From positions 1 to 61,722 of the forward strand of contig JBAXKC010000014.1 of the NCBI GenBank assembly GCA_037137535.1: 61,722 bases of DNA. The letters run 5' to 3'. The notes under the pieces are model-generated. The model ran no database searches, was not told the DNA's origin, and saw nothing but the letters and a program-made list of their open reading frames with translations. The first letter of the stretch is position 1, and every line of letters begins with the position of its first letter. The DNA comes from a bacterium (GTDB taxonomy: Bacteria; Cyanobacteriota; Vampirovibrionia; Gastranaerophilales; JBAXKC01). Positions 49,442 to 59,009 of the stretch are shown in pieces. A program made the translations under genes and the position numbers.

Positions 49442-51067
49442 ATGCTAACGAAATTTAACTATAACAGCCTAAGTAATCTTCCTTTGCTTAGAAAGTCAGT
49501 CAAGCCTGAGATGAGAAGTTTGTTTCCTTTAGCTTTTTCAAGAAATATAACTCAAGATAAAGTTGAATTATCTGCTTCTCCAAAATTTAAAACCTGTGAA
49601 GAGGCTATTGACGGCTTGTCCTCAAAATTAATGGAATCAAAAGATCAACGGGAAATACAGCGTTTTATAGAAAACCATACAGGTAAGCCGTTTGAAAGTA
49701 TTTTAGATTCTAAAAAAACAATTAAAAAATTATTGGCTAAGCAAATTACCTTTGATAAAACCGAAGCGAAAGATGAAGTACAACATATATTAGATAAAAT
49801 GGTCAATGGAAGAGCTTCGTTAAGAGTTACTGTCGGAAATTATTTTCAATGGATTGAACATAAAATAGCCTCAATAAAAGAACAAAATTCAGAGATATAT
49901 TCTCCGTCTGAAGAAAAATATAATAAAATAGCCGAAAAGTATGACGTAAAACGAAATCAAATCAAAAAAGAATTAGAAAAGCTTAATCAAAAACGTGCAG
50001 ATCTTAGAGAAGAAGAACATTCAATTTCGAGAAATAAGAAAAAATTAAGTCAATTAAAAAAAGAACTTATTCAAATTGAAAATCTGATTAGAAAAAAACG
50101 GAATATTCTAGCAAATATAGAAGATAATAAAAAAGAAGAATTATCGCTTGTTGCAAAAGGATTTAATAATGTAAATAAAGAAAGTGGTCTTGATTTATAT
50201 TTAAAGCTTCCTAATAAACAGACATGGGGAGATTTAAGTACTCAAATAGGAACAATTTTTGAAAACATAGCAGCAAAAGAAGTTGATAGAATTATAGTTC
50301 CTCAGATTGCGCAAAAAATTGCACAAAAAGAAGGCATTTCTGTAGAAAAAGCACAAAGCCAATTAGTTCAATTAAAAAATGTTAGATTTTCAGGAGCTGT
50401 AGAGATTGACCATTTAATAGTAAGGGTTAAAAATCCTCCAAATCCTAATGCAAAAAAAATGATTGTAAATAAAAATATAGAAGTGGTCGGAGTTGTTGAA
50501 ACAAAGTATGAACCTGATAAAATGCCTTATGGTTATAAAAGAAGAATAGAAGATTTAGAATGGCTTACTAATCATAAAGAAAAAGATATTAGCGGTAATA
50601 CTTTTAAGGAATTTCTTTTTGAAAATGAAAAAGGGGAATATTTTTCTTTTTCGCCTAATAGCTTTAAGCAATTTAATGTTCAAGAAGATAAGAAAGAAGC
50701 TTATGAAAACATCTATTTTGTAACAACTGACAGACAATTTTGTGATTTGAATGAAAGATTAATGACTAAAATAGATTCTCCTGAAAAAGTAGATGATTTA
50801 TACTCAAAAAAATATCCACAACCAACAAGTTCAGAGTTAAAAGGATTATTAACTCAATTTGACAAATATGAATTGTGGAATAATGTCGTTTTTACAAATA
50901 ATGATTATTTAGGCAATTCTTTATTTGAGCTGATATTTTATAATAGATTTAAGTCTTCTATTGATAAAGTTAGTTTAAATGAAGATTTTTCAAAAGAATT
51001 TGACCCCAAGGTTATTAAAAAAATGGAAGAATTTTGTTTAAGCCAGTCTGACGAGCCAGCAAGCTAA
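49442..51067 (+). CDS. Coiled-coil protein with probable C-terminal PD-(D/E)XK nuclease domain
   Basis: GTIFE...EIDHLIV...VVETK. Confidence 0.55.
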   Translation: MLTKFNYNSLSNLPLLRKSVKPEMRSLFPLAFSRNITQDKVELSASPKFKTCEEAIDGLSSKLMESKDQREIQRFIENHTGKPFESILDSKKTIKKLLAKQITFDKTEAKDEVQHILDKMVNGRASLRVTVGNYFQWIEHKIASIKEQNSEIYSPSEEKYNKIAEKYDVKRNQIKKELEKLNQKRADLREEEHSISRNKKKLSQLKKELIQIENLIRKKRNILANIEDNKKEELSLVAKGFNNVNKESGLDLYLKLPNKQTWGDLSTQIGTIFENIAAKEVDRIIVPQIAQKIAQKEGISVEKAQSQLVQLKNVRFSGAVEIDHLIVRVKNPPNPNAKKMIVNKNIEVVGVVETKYEPDKMPYGYKRRIEDLEWLTNHKEKDISGNTFKEFLFENEKGEYFSFSPNSFKQFNVQEDKKEAYENIYFVTTDRQFCDLNERLMTKIDSPEKVDDLYSKKYPQPTSSELKGLLTQFDKYELWNNVVFTNNDYLGNSLFELIFYNRFKSSIDKVSLNEDFSKEFDPKVIKKMEEFCLSQSDEPAS

Positions 51068-51415
51068 AAAAACAGCTATTAAACCTATAAATAAACTACC
51101 AAAAGAATAAAGAAAACCTTGGAGATAGTAGCCTTCTTTTAAAAGAGTTAAGACTTCCCAGCTAAAGGTGCTAAAAGTGGTAAATCCACCACAAAAACCT
51201 GTGGTTAGCAGAAGTTTTATGTTGTTGTCAATAATAGGTGGTTTGCTTATTGATAAGGCTACAACCAATCCTAGAATAAATGAGCCTGCTATATTTATGG
51301 CAAAAGTCCCCCATGGAAAAATGCCGTTAGTATTGTTATGAATTAGCATTGAAAGAAAAAATCTTAAACAAGCTCCAAGTCCGCCACCTACAAAAATTAA
51401 AAAATAAGGATTCAT
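51038..51415 (-). CDS. crcB: Fluoride efflux channel CrcB/FluC
   Basis: GGGLGACLR, FPWGTF.IN, TGFCGGFTTFSTF. Confidence 0.95.
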   Translation of the reverse strand: MNPYFLIFVGGGLGACLRFFLSMLIHNNTNGIFPWGTFAINIAGSFILGLVVALSISKPPIIDNNIKLLLTTGFCGGFTTFSTFSWEVLTLLKEGYYLQGFLYSFGSLFIGLIAVFLACWLVRLA

Positions 51416-52695
51416 TACTCTTTACCTTCATTAAATGTGTTTTCAAGTTTCTTTAAAAAGTGTTTATTGATTGTTTCTTTTGCGGTTTTCTCTCCGTTCC
51501 ATACAGGTTCAAGCGCTTCACTCACAATGCTTGAAATTTCGTTGTAATTACGGCTTGCAGGTGTTGGAAAAGATGATTTGATTATATCAAGAAACACATG
51601 AGCATTGTGCGGTTTGTTTTTAGTGTCTATAAATAGGTCAGAATTTGCAGAGTCTTTTCGTGCAGGGATTATTAGTCCTGTTTCTGTAATTTTATCGATG
51701 CTTTTTTTGTTGGACATGAATTTAATAAATTTCCACGCTGTTTCGGGGTGTTTGCATTGCTTTGAAATTGACCAACCAGAGGCATCAGCATCAACTATTG
51801 ACCCTTTTTTCCCCAAGGGGAATTGTGCTATGTCCCAGTTAAACTTTAAATCTTTTCTATATCTTGGTACTGCCCAGCGTCCGTTTATCTGCATTGCTAT
51901 TTTTTGGTTTATAAACATTTGTCCCATTGTCATTGAGCCTGCTTCTGAGGCGGTAGGAGCTACATGAAAAGAATTTCTGAGGTTTGAATAAAACTGTATT
52001 GAGTCAATAGAATTTTGAGAGCCGAGAATTAAATTTTCTCCGTCACTACTGATAATTCCCCCTCCATTACTCCATAAAAAAGGTAACCAGAAAAGAGGGG
52101 CTGTTTCAAAACCAATACCGAATTGTTCAGGATTTTTGTCTTTGTTTTTATTAATCGTTAGTTTTTTTGAAGTTTCCAGAAAATCATTTAAAGTCCAGTT
52201 AGCGGATGGATATTTAACTCCGTATTTATCAAACAGGTCTTTATTGTAATAAATAACAAGGTTTGAAATATCTCGAGGAATAGCAAAAATAGCATTCTTG
52301 TATTTAAAAGCATTCAGCGCTTTTTCATAGAAGGAGTTTGATGAAAAAGTTTTATCTGAATTTATGAAATTATTGAGATTTAATAACACACCTGCTCTAA
52401 TATATTTTTGTCCGTCAATGTTATTAATAAAAATAACATCGGGCGAAAGGTCTGAGGCTATTAATAAATGAACTTTTTGAAAATAATTTTTTGGAATATG
52501 AATAAGTTTTACTTTTATAGAGGGATTTTCTTTTTCAAATTGTTTTATTGCACTATTAATAATAGGCAATTCAGTTTCAGAACCCCATGTTGAAAAAGTT
52601 AAAACATTCTCATTTTTTATATTATTTTTGTTTGTAGAAAAGACCAAAATAACTAAAAACAATGAAGTTAAGAGTATAATGGCTGCTTTTCTCAT
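51415..52695 (-). CDS. Sugar-type ABC transporter substrate-binding protein
   Basis: FEKENP.IKV, IYYNKDLF, AMQING.W, AWKFIKF. Confidence 0.88.
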   Translation of the reverse strand: MRKAAIILLTSLFLVILVFSTNKNNIKNENVLTFSTWGSETELPIINSAIKQFEKENPSIKVKLIHIPKNYFQKVHLLIASDLSPDVIFINNIDGQKYIRAGVLLNLNNFINSDKTFSSNSFYEKALNAFKYKNAIFAIPRDISNLVIYYNKDLFDKYGVKYPSANWTLNDFLETSKKLTINKNKDKNPEQFGIGFETAPLFWLPFLWSNGGGIISSDGENLILGSQNSIDSIQFYSNLRNSFHVAPTASEAGSMTMGQMFINQKIAMQINGRWAVPRYRKDLKFNWDIAQFPLGKKGSIVDADASGWSISKQCKHPETAWKFIKFMSNKKSIDKITETGLIIPARKDSANSDLFIDTKNKPHNAHVFLDIIKSSFPTPASRNYNEISSIVSEALEPVWNGEKTAKETINKHFLKKLENTFNEGKE

Positions 52696-53642
52696 CTTAT
52701 TTTTTCTTTTCTAAAGATAGTAAATACGGTAATTGAAGTTAAAATGGCTGATATTACTATTACATACCAAAATCCGTGCTTAGCTTGTCCCCATGGTACA
52801 TGAACGTTCATACCGAAAAAACTGGCAACCATGGTTGGTGTGGTTAAAACAATTGTCATTGTTGTTAAAAACTTCATTACAATATTTAAGTTGTTTGAAA
52901 TAATTGAAGCAAAGGCATCCATCATTCCGCTAAGAATGTTACTGTGCATTTCAACCATTTCAAGAGCCTGTTTGTTCTCAATGATTACATCTTCAAGAAG
53001 ATCTTCATCATCTTCGTTCATTTCTAATAAATGTTTATAGTTATTATTTTTTCTAAGCCTGAGAAGTTTTTCCAACACTATTCCGTTATCTTTTAATGCA
53101 GTGGTAAAATAAACTAAACTTTTTTCAAGATCAAGAAGTTGGTAAAGAGCCTGATTCTTCATTGTTTTCTTGACATCATTTTCAAGTTCGTCTGTTCTGC
53201 GATTTATATATCTTAAATATTTTAAGTATAGTTTTGAGGATCTGAAAAGTATTTCAAGTAGAAAACGTGTGTTTTTACCTTCTTCAAAGCCTTTTCCAAA
53301 GGAGATAAAAGATGATAAAACCTGATTTTCTTTTAAAGATACAGTTATAAAGTGCTTAGGCGTTAAAATAATACCAAGTGGAAGAGTATCAAAAAAGTGT
53401 TTGTCTCCCATTATCGGTACGTTAGTAATTAATAGAAGGGCATCTTCTTCTAATTCCATACGGGAAAGTTCTTCATCATCGAGAGCTGCTTTTAAGAAGT
53501 CTAAATTAACTCCTGTAATTCCTGATACATATTTTAATTCGTCAGCTGTCGGCGTTACAAGGTTAAACCAGCAACCTTGGTCATATTCTTTATTTTCAAC
53601 TTCATAAAAAGCTTTATCTTTTATTTTGAATATATTTAACAT
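52692..53642 (-). CDS. corA: CorA family Mg2+ transporter
   Basis: LEDVIIEN.QA, FGMNV signature, two C-terminal TMs. Confidence 0.93.
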   Translation of the reverse strand: MLNIFKIKDKAFYEVENKEYDQGCWFNLVTPTADELKYVSGITGVNLDFLKAALDDEELSRMELEEDALLLITNVPIMGDKHFFDTLPLGIILTPKHFITVSLKENQVLSSFISFGKGFEEGKNTRFLLEILFRSSKLYLKYLRYINRRTDELENDVKKTMKNQALYQLLDLEKSLVYFTTALKDNGIVLEKLLRLRKNNNYKHLLEMNEDDEDLLEDVIIENKQALEMVEMHSNILSGMMDAFASIISNNLNIVMKFLTTMTIVLTTPTMVASFFGMNVHVPWGQAKHGFWYVIVISAILTSITVFTIFRKEKIR

Positions 53643-53797
53643 ATTCCCTTACCCTTAGATATTGTTATTTTATTGCCTAATCAAACTTTAATCCAAATCT
53701 TTTTTTAAGTAAAAGATTTTTTTATAAGATGTTGAGTTTATTGAATAAAAACAGTTAAACGTGTATATTAATTATAATTTGGTTTGAGGTGTTTTAA

Positions 53798-55078
53798 ATG
53801 AGTTTAGCAAATAATATAATTGTAATAAGTGAAAAAGCAGAAGATGGGAACTATTTTAGAAATATTTGCCGTTCCGGCTTATTAAGGGATGTCGACAATA
53901 TAATTTGCGCAAATCATGAAAATGGCTTTGATTTTATTAAAAAATACTTGCCTGATACTATTGTAATATATATATATGAAACAGCATATAACGCATTAAA
54001 TATTTGTAAACAACTTAAATCTGATAATTTTTTAAAAAATATACCTGTACTTTTAATTTTAGAAAAGAAAAACGATGAAACTGTTCTTTCTGCTTATGAT
54101 GAAGGTATAACGGATTATATTATTCAGCCGGCATCGGATACTGATATATTAGTTAGGCTTATGTGGTGTTTAAAGAGGAATGAATCCTCAAGAGAACTGG
54201 AAAAAAAAGAAATACTCATAAGAAGTATCGGAGTTATTGATAAAGAAACAGAGGCCTTTACTCCTCAATATACCGAAAAAGCCTTTACGGCCGAAATAAA
54301 TGTTGCAAAAAAATATGGATATCCTGCCGTTGCCATGGTAATGGCGCTGGAACCTAAGTCAAACGATCGTTTAAACTATGACAATCTGTCCTTAATCGTT
54401 AAAAATTCTATAAGGGCAAGAGATTTAGTTGGACATAGTGGACATGGGAAAATATATTTATTTTTGCCAAAAACTAATATTAAAGGCGCTTGCACCGTAT
54501 ATAATAAAGTTTTATCCAATATGAAAAATAATATTTCAATAAGTGCAGGGGTTTGTGAATTTAAGCCTGAAATGAACTATCACTCTTTAATTCAAAATTC
54601 TGTAAAAGCATTAGAAGAAGCCTTTTCAAGGGGCGGAAATAAAATTATAGTTGCAGAGTCCAAGTCAAATGAAGAAAAAACTTCTGGTGGCTGGTTAAAT
54701 AGAATTCAGTCGGATAAAAAAGAATATAAAAATTATAAGGAAATTTTAAGTTATAAGTTTAAAACTATTGTAGAACCTGTGTTTTATAGGCTTAAATCTG
54801 AAATTGAAATGACTTTTAAAGATAAATTGAATGTTGAATATTATATAACGGACAGTAAATGTGTGTTTGATATCAATATAATTTATGAGAACGATGGAAT
54901 CTCAATTAAAATTATTGATTCAGGAGTTCCAAAGGTAAATATTGAAGTATTTGACATGAAATCGGGTCAGGCGATTTATGACAGAATAATTCTTCCGATA
55001 GAAGAGTTAGAAGAAGAAAAATTAAATAAAATAATTCATGAGTGTATTGATTCACTTAAATTAGGCTCTTTAATTTAA
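53798..55078 (+). CDS. Pseudo-receiver plus degenerate GGDEF protein
   Basis: PleD-like layout; PDTIVIYI lacks the phospho-Asp; GGDEF position reads SGHGK. Confidence 0.7.
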   Translation: MSLANNIIVISEKAEDGNYFRNICRSGLLRDVDNIICANHENGFDFIKKYLPDTIVIYIYETAYNALNICKQLKSDNFLKNIPVLLILEKKNDETVLSAYDEGITDYIIQPASDTDILVRLMWCLKRNESSRELEKKEILIRSIGVIDKETEAFTPQYTEKAFTAEINVAKKYGYPAVAMVMALEPKSNDRLNYDNLSLIVKNSIRARDLVGHSGHGKIYLFLPKTNIKGACTVYNKVLSNMKNNISISAGVCEFKPEMNYHSLIQNSVKALEEAFSRGGNKIIVAESKSNEEKTSGGWLNRIQSDKKEYKNYKEILSYKFKTIVEPVFYRLKSEIEMTFKDKLNVEYYITDSKCVFDINIIYENDGISIKIIDSGVPKVNIEVFDMKSGQAIYDRIILPIEELEEEKLNKIIHECIDSLKLGSLI

Positions 55079-55161
55079 TGATATTGATGTTCATTTAATT
55101 GTTGAGTTCCTTGCTAGAGTTGGATTTTACATTTATTCATGGATCAATCATGGAAAATCGG

Positions 55162-55190
55162 TTGACACAAGGCTATGCTGTTGTTATATT
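55162..55190 (+). promoter_or_regulatory. Sigma70-type promoter of rplU-rpmA
   Basis: TTGACA, 17-nt spacer, TATATT with extended -10 TG. Confidence 0.7.
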
Positions 55191-55256
55191 AGTTTAGCGT
55201 TCAAATAAACGTATCATTGTGTCATTTTAAATGTAAAGAGATGAAGGAATAATAAA

Positions 55257-55568
55257 ATGCTGGCAATAGTAGAAACTGGCGGAAAGCAATATCAGCTTAC
55301 TGAAGGCAGATATTTAGATGTAGAACTTCTTAAAGCAGACCAAGATCAAGAAGTCGTTTTTGATAAAGTTGTTATGATAGTTGATGGCGCAAATTCAAAA
55401 GTTGGCCAGCCATATATCGACGGTGCTGTTGTTAAAGCGAAAGTTTTAAAGCACGGAAGAGGACAAAAACTTATTATTTACAAACAAAGATGTAAAAAAG
55501 GCTATAGAAAAAAACAAGGCCATAGACAAGACTATACCAGAGTAATGGTAGAAAAAATCGAATTTTAA
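55257..55568 (+). CDS. rplU: 50S ribosomal protein L21
   Basis: [17 protein letters not shown]. Confidence 0.98.
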   Translation: MLAIVETGGKQYQLTEGRYLDVELLKADQDQEVVFDKVVMIVDGANSKVGQPYIDGAVVKAKVLKHGRGQKLIIYKQRCKKGYRKKQGHRQDYTRVMVEKIEF

Positions 55569-55610
55569 TTAAGTTGTAATATAAAAGAATTAAAAAGGTG
55601 GTGAATTCTA

Positions 55611-55868
55611 ATGGCATCAAAGAAGGGCGTAGGCTCAACGAAGAATGGTCGCGATAGTAGAGCGCAACGTTTAGGCGTTAAAAAATTCGGTGGAGAATTC
55701 GTTAAAGCTGGAAATATTCTTGTTCGTCAAAGAGGAACAAAATTACATCCTGGTAATAATGTAGGCATCGGCGGAGATGATACACTTTTTTCACTCGTTG
55801 ATGGATTTGTAACCTTTGAAAAACACAGAAGAGATAGAAAACAAGTTAGCGTTTACGCTGCTGTTTAG
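55611..55868 (+). CDS. rpmA: 50S ribosomal protein L27
   Basis: [21 protein letters not shown]. Confidence 0.98.
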   Translation: MASKKGVGSTKNGRDSRAQRLGVKKFGGEFVKAGNILVRQRGTKLHPGNNVGIGGDDTLFSLVDGFVTFEKHRRDRKQVSVYAAV

Positions 55869-55883
55869 TCTCAAAAAGTTTTA

Positions 55884-55923
55884 AAAAAATAGCCCTTGCT
55901 GATTATTAGCAGGGCTATTTTTT
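55884..55923 (+). terminator. Intrinsic terminator after rpmA
   Basis: aaaaaatagccct...agggctatttttt. Confidence 0.75.
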
Positions 55924-56146
55924 ATTTAAGCATAATGAGATTTTGATTATCTAACTTGAGTCGTTAATTAAAATTATCAAAAACCCTCCCGCAGCCACCC
56001 ATCAGTGGCAAAAGAGGCATCGCCTCTTTTGCATTTCTATAATATTTTTGATAATTTAAAACTTTTGATTATTTTGCGACTAAAGTTATCTATTAATTAT
56101 TTTATTGGTTTAAAGACTTTAGGGAAAGCATAACAGGTTTAATATT

Positions 56147-56986
56147 ATGAAATTAACAATTTTAACTGATAATAATACGTTAACTGACAGGTATTTTCTC
56201 GCTGAACCCGGTTTATCAATATATATAGAAGAGCAGGATAAAAAAATTTTGTTTGATACAGGTTATAGCGATGTATTTATAAAAAATGCTTTTAAAATAG
56301 GTGTTGATTTAAAAAGTCTTGATTATTTGGTTTTTTCACATGGACATAATGATCATACTAATGGCTTGATTCCATTATTTCATTTGTATCAAGAGTGGAA
56401 AGAAATGCATATAGATCTTAAAATTCCTGAAATTATTGCACATCCATCTGTTTTTAATTCAAAATATAGAAATTTTATTGGTTATATAGGGGCAATTGTT
56501 TCTAAAGATGCTTTAGCTAAAACATTTAACTTGAATTTTAACTCTAAGCCTTTTTGGTTGACGGATAAATTAGTTTTTTTAGGCGAAATTCCTCGTATTT
56601 TAGAGTTTGAAAAGCTTAATTCAAGTGCTAAAACAATAATTGATAATGAGGAAGTTATAGATCCTTTGATAGATGATTCTGCTCTTGCTTATAAGTCTGT
56701 TAAGGGCTTAGTTATCATTACAGGTTGTTCTCATTCGGGTATATGTAATATTGTTGAATATGCTAAGTTTGTCTGCAATGAAAGAAAAATTCATGATATT
56801 ATCGGTGGTTTTCATTTGCTGAAAGCAACTGATGAGAAAATTGATAAAACTTTAGAATATTTGAAAAAACAGCAACCAAAAAAAATACATCCTTGCCATT
56901 GTACTGATTTAGCCGCTAAAATGGCATTCGGACGTTCTTTGAATGTAAAAGAAGTTGGCGTTGGTCTATGTTTAGAATTTGAATAA
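56147..56986 (+). CDS. MBL-fold metallo-hydrolase
   Basis: LFDTG, SHGHNDH, TGCSHSG, IGGFHL, PCHCT. Confidence 0.9.
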   Translation: MKLTILTDNNTLTDRYFLAEPGLSIYIEEQDKKILFDTGYSDVFIKNAFKIGVDLKSLDYLVFSHGHNDHTNGLIPLFHLYQEWKEMHIDLKIPEIIAHPSVFNSKYRNFIGYIGAIVSKDALAKTFNLNFNSKPFWLTDKLVFLGEIPRILEFEKLNSSAKTIIDNEEVIDPLIDDSALAYKSVKGLVIITGCSHSGICNIVEYAKFVCNERKIHDIIGGFHLLKATDEKIDKTLEYLKKQQPKKIHPCHCTDLAAKMAFGRSLNVKEVGVGLCLEFE

Positions 56987-57021
56987 AAAACGACTATAGT
57001 ATTAATATAGTCGTTTTTATT
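56982..57021. terminator. Bidirectional intrinsic terminator
   Basis: aataaaaaacgactata...tatagtcgttttttatt. Confidence 0.75.
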
Positions 57022-57032
57022 AAGGCTTAAAT

Positions 57033-57416
57033 TTATTTTTGTTCATTGCTGTCATAAATAGTACCGGTAAAAGTAACTTCAAAGTTTTCAATCTTGCTGA
57101 CTTCACCTGTTAAAGGATTTCTGAAGGTTCTTAATCCCCATTTGCTGGGTGAAAGTTTGTAAACGAAAGCAAATGGCATTTTCCATGTGCCTGCGCCTGA
57201 TTTTAATGCTACTTCAAGATTTACTTTTGATTTTTGTTTTGCGGCAAGAAGCATTTTATGTATTTCAGAGCTTCCTTTAATTGTTATTGTTATTGTTTTT
57301 GGATTGACTCTGATGCCGGGACAAGCTAATAAGAGGTCTTCTTCTGTTATTTCCATCTCATTAATAAATACACTTGCCTCTTCTGATGAATAGATTTTTT
57401 CTTCCATTGTAACCAA
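57033..57416 (-). CDS. Hypothetical protein
   Basis: AGGAG upstream; downstream of and co-oriented with the methyltransferase gene. Confidence 0.6.
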   Translation of the reverse strand: MVTMEEKIYSSEEASVFINEMEITEEDLLLACPGIRVNPKTITITIKGSSEIHKMLLAAKQKSKVNLEVALKSGAGTWKMPFAFVYKLSPSKWGLRTFRNPLTGEVSKIENFEVTFTGTIYDSNEQK

Positions 57417-57454
57417 CTCCTAATATATATACTCTCTTTAATTAGTTTTTTTAT

Positions 57455-58312
57455 TTATTTTTCAGCATAGCCGTAAACTGAAACCATTTTTACGGTTATT
57501 TCTTTTCCATCAAGGTCTTGTTTGATATTTTCAATAAATTCATTTACTTCATTATCGTTGAAATACTTTGAAAGTTTATCTTTTAATGATGGATTCCCTG
57601 GGCTTGTAGGTGTATTAAACCATGGTTCAACCATTTCGGCTTTTACTGTGTAAATAGATTTTTCTTCAGCCGTTTCTAAATTTATATTTTTAAAACCAGC
57701 TTCTTCCATATGAGCAAGTAAGGTTTCTGCTGTAAAGTTAGTAAGAGGGCTTTCTTGATCATTCATTATTTGAAGTTCAACTTCTTTAAATTTGTCATAG
57801 TTTTTAATATTATGACTTATTAGTTCATAATATTTTGTATTTGATGAAACAACAGGCTCAAAGAAAGATAAATGACCTTGAGGCTTTAAAATTCGATAAA
57901 TTTCTGCAAATGATTTTTGTTTATCAGGTACATGCACCAGAACTGATCTCATAACTGCAACATCTACAAAATTATCGTTTAGTTTTATATTGTAAATATC
58001 ACTTACAAGTGTTTCAAGGTTAATATCGCATTCTTTGGCTATTTTTAAGCATTCTTCAACGCAATCTTCTGAAACATCCATTGCAATTATTTTGCCGGTA
58101 TCTTTGACTGTTTCCATTGCTCCAAAAGCTAAAAGTCCTGTCCCTGTTCCAATATCTATAACAATATCGGTTGGTTTTATTTTTGCATTTGCTAAAACTT
58201 TATCTTTGACTATTAAAAGCCATCTCAAGGTTTGTTCTTTCTGCTCTTCAGTCATATAAGAAAACCTAGATTTTTTCAGCCATTCTGTCCAAGTTTTAAC
58301 GGTTTGGGACAT
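57455..58312 (-). CDS. Class I SAM-dependent methyltransferase
   Basis: IDIGTGTG, RSVLVHV, YRILKPQG. Confidence 0.9.
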   Translation of the reverse strand: MSQTVKTWTEWLKKSRFSYMTEEQKEQTLRWLLIVKDKVLANAKIKPTDIVIDIGTGTGLLAFGAMETVKDTGKIIAMDVSEDCVEECLKIAKECDINLETLVSDIYNIKLNDNFVDVAVMRSVLVHVPDKQKSFAEIYRILKPQGHLSFFEPVVSSNTKYYELISHNIKNYDKFKEVELQIMNDQESPLTNFTAETLLAHMEEAGFKNINLETAEEKSIYTVKAEMVEPWFNTPTSPGNPSLKDKLSKYFNDNEVNEFIENIKQDLDGKEITVKMVSVYGYAEK

Positions 58313-58517
58313 AAAAATACACCTTTTGCTAATTATTAACCATGGTTATTCTAATGAATACTGCTAAAGTATAAAACATTTTAAAAGAGTATCTTTTTAA
58401 AATTAGCTACAAATTGATAATGTTTTTAGTATATGAATTTAGTATTTTTGCCGATGAATTTTATTCTTAAATAAGTTTAAATTAATAGTAAACCTGGTAA
58501 AAATGGGGGATCGTAAA

Positions 58518-58913
58518 ATGTCGGATATTGATAAATTGCGTATGAATACAGATAAGGCTAAACGTTTTTTTGAAAAAAAATTAGCTTTTACAGCAGGACC
58601 TGTTGAATTAAAACAAATGATAGAAGATGGCGAAGATATTGTTATTGTTGACGTTAGAAAAAAAGAAGATTATGAAAACGGTCATATAAAACAAGCTATT
58701 TCAATTCCTAAGAAAGAATTACTGGATAATTTGAATAAATTATCTAGGGATAAAGTAACAGTTGTGTATTGTTACACAATGGAATGTCATCTCGCCGCAA
58801 GAGCTGCATTTATTCTTGCAAGTGAAGGTTATCCTGTTATGGAGCTTGAAGGAGGTATTGAGGCTTGGAGAGATCATTATAAATTTGAAGTAGCTTCTTT
58901 TTCTATTCAATAA
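58518..58913 (+). CDS. Rhodanese-like protein
   Basis: IVDVR...Y..GHI..AISIP, VVYC, LEGGIEAW; start taken at MSDID. Confidence 0.88.
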   Translation: MSDIDKLRMNTDKAKRFFEKKLAFTAGPVELKQMIEDGEDIVIVDVRKKEDYENGHIKQAISIPKKELLDNLNKLSRDKVTVVYCYTMECHLAARAAFILASEGYPVMELEGGIEAWRDHYKFEVASFSIQ

Positions 58914-58967
58914 TAATTAACAGGAGTTTTACATATTCAGTATAAAAAATAAATAATATCTTTAAAA

Positions 58968-58996
58968 ACAAAGGACACTGTTTAAGTGTCCTTTGT
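58968..58996. terminator. Bidirectional intrinsic terminator
   Basis: acaaaggacac...gtgtcctttgt. Confidence 0.7.
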
Positions 58997-59009
58997 CGTT
59001 TGACTTATT

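Noticed and set aside
53643-53797. Fluoride or M-box riboswitch upstream of the corA-crcB operon
   Set aside because: Short AT-rich region with no recognisable conserved core
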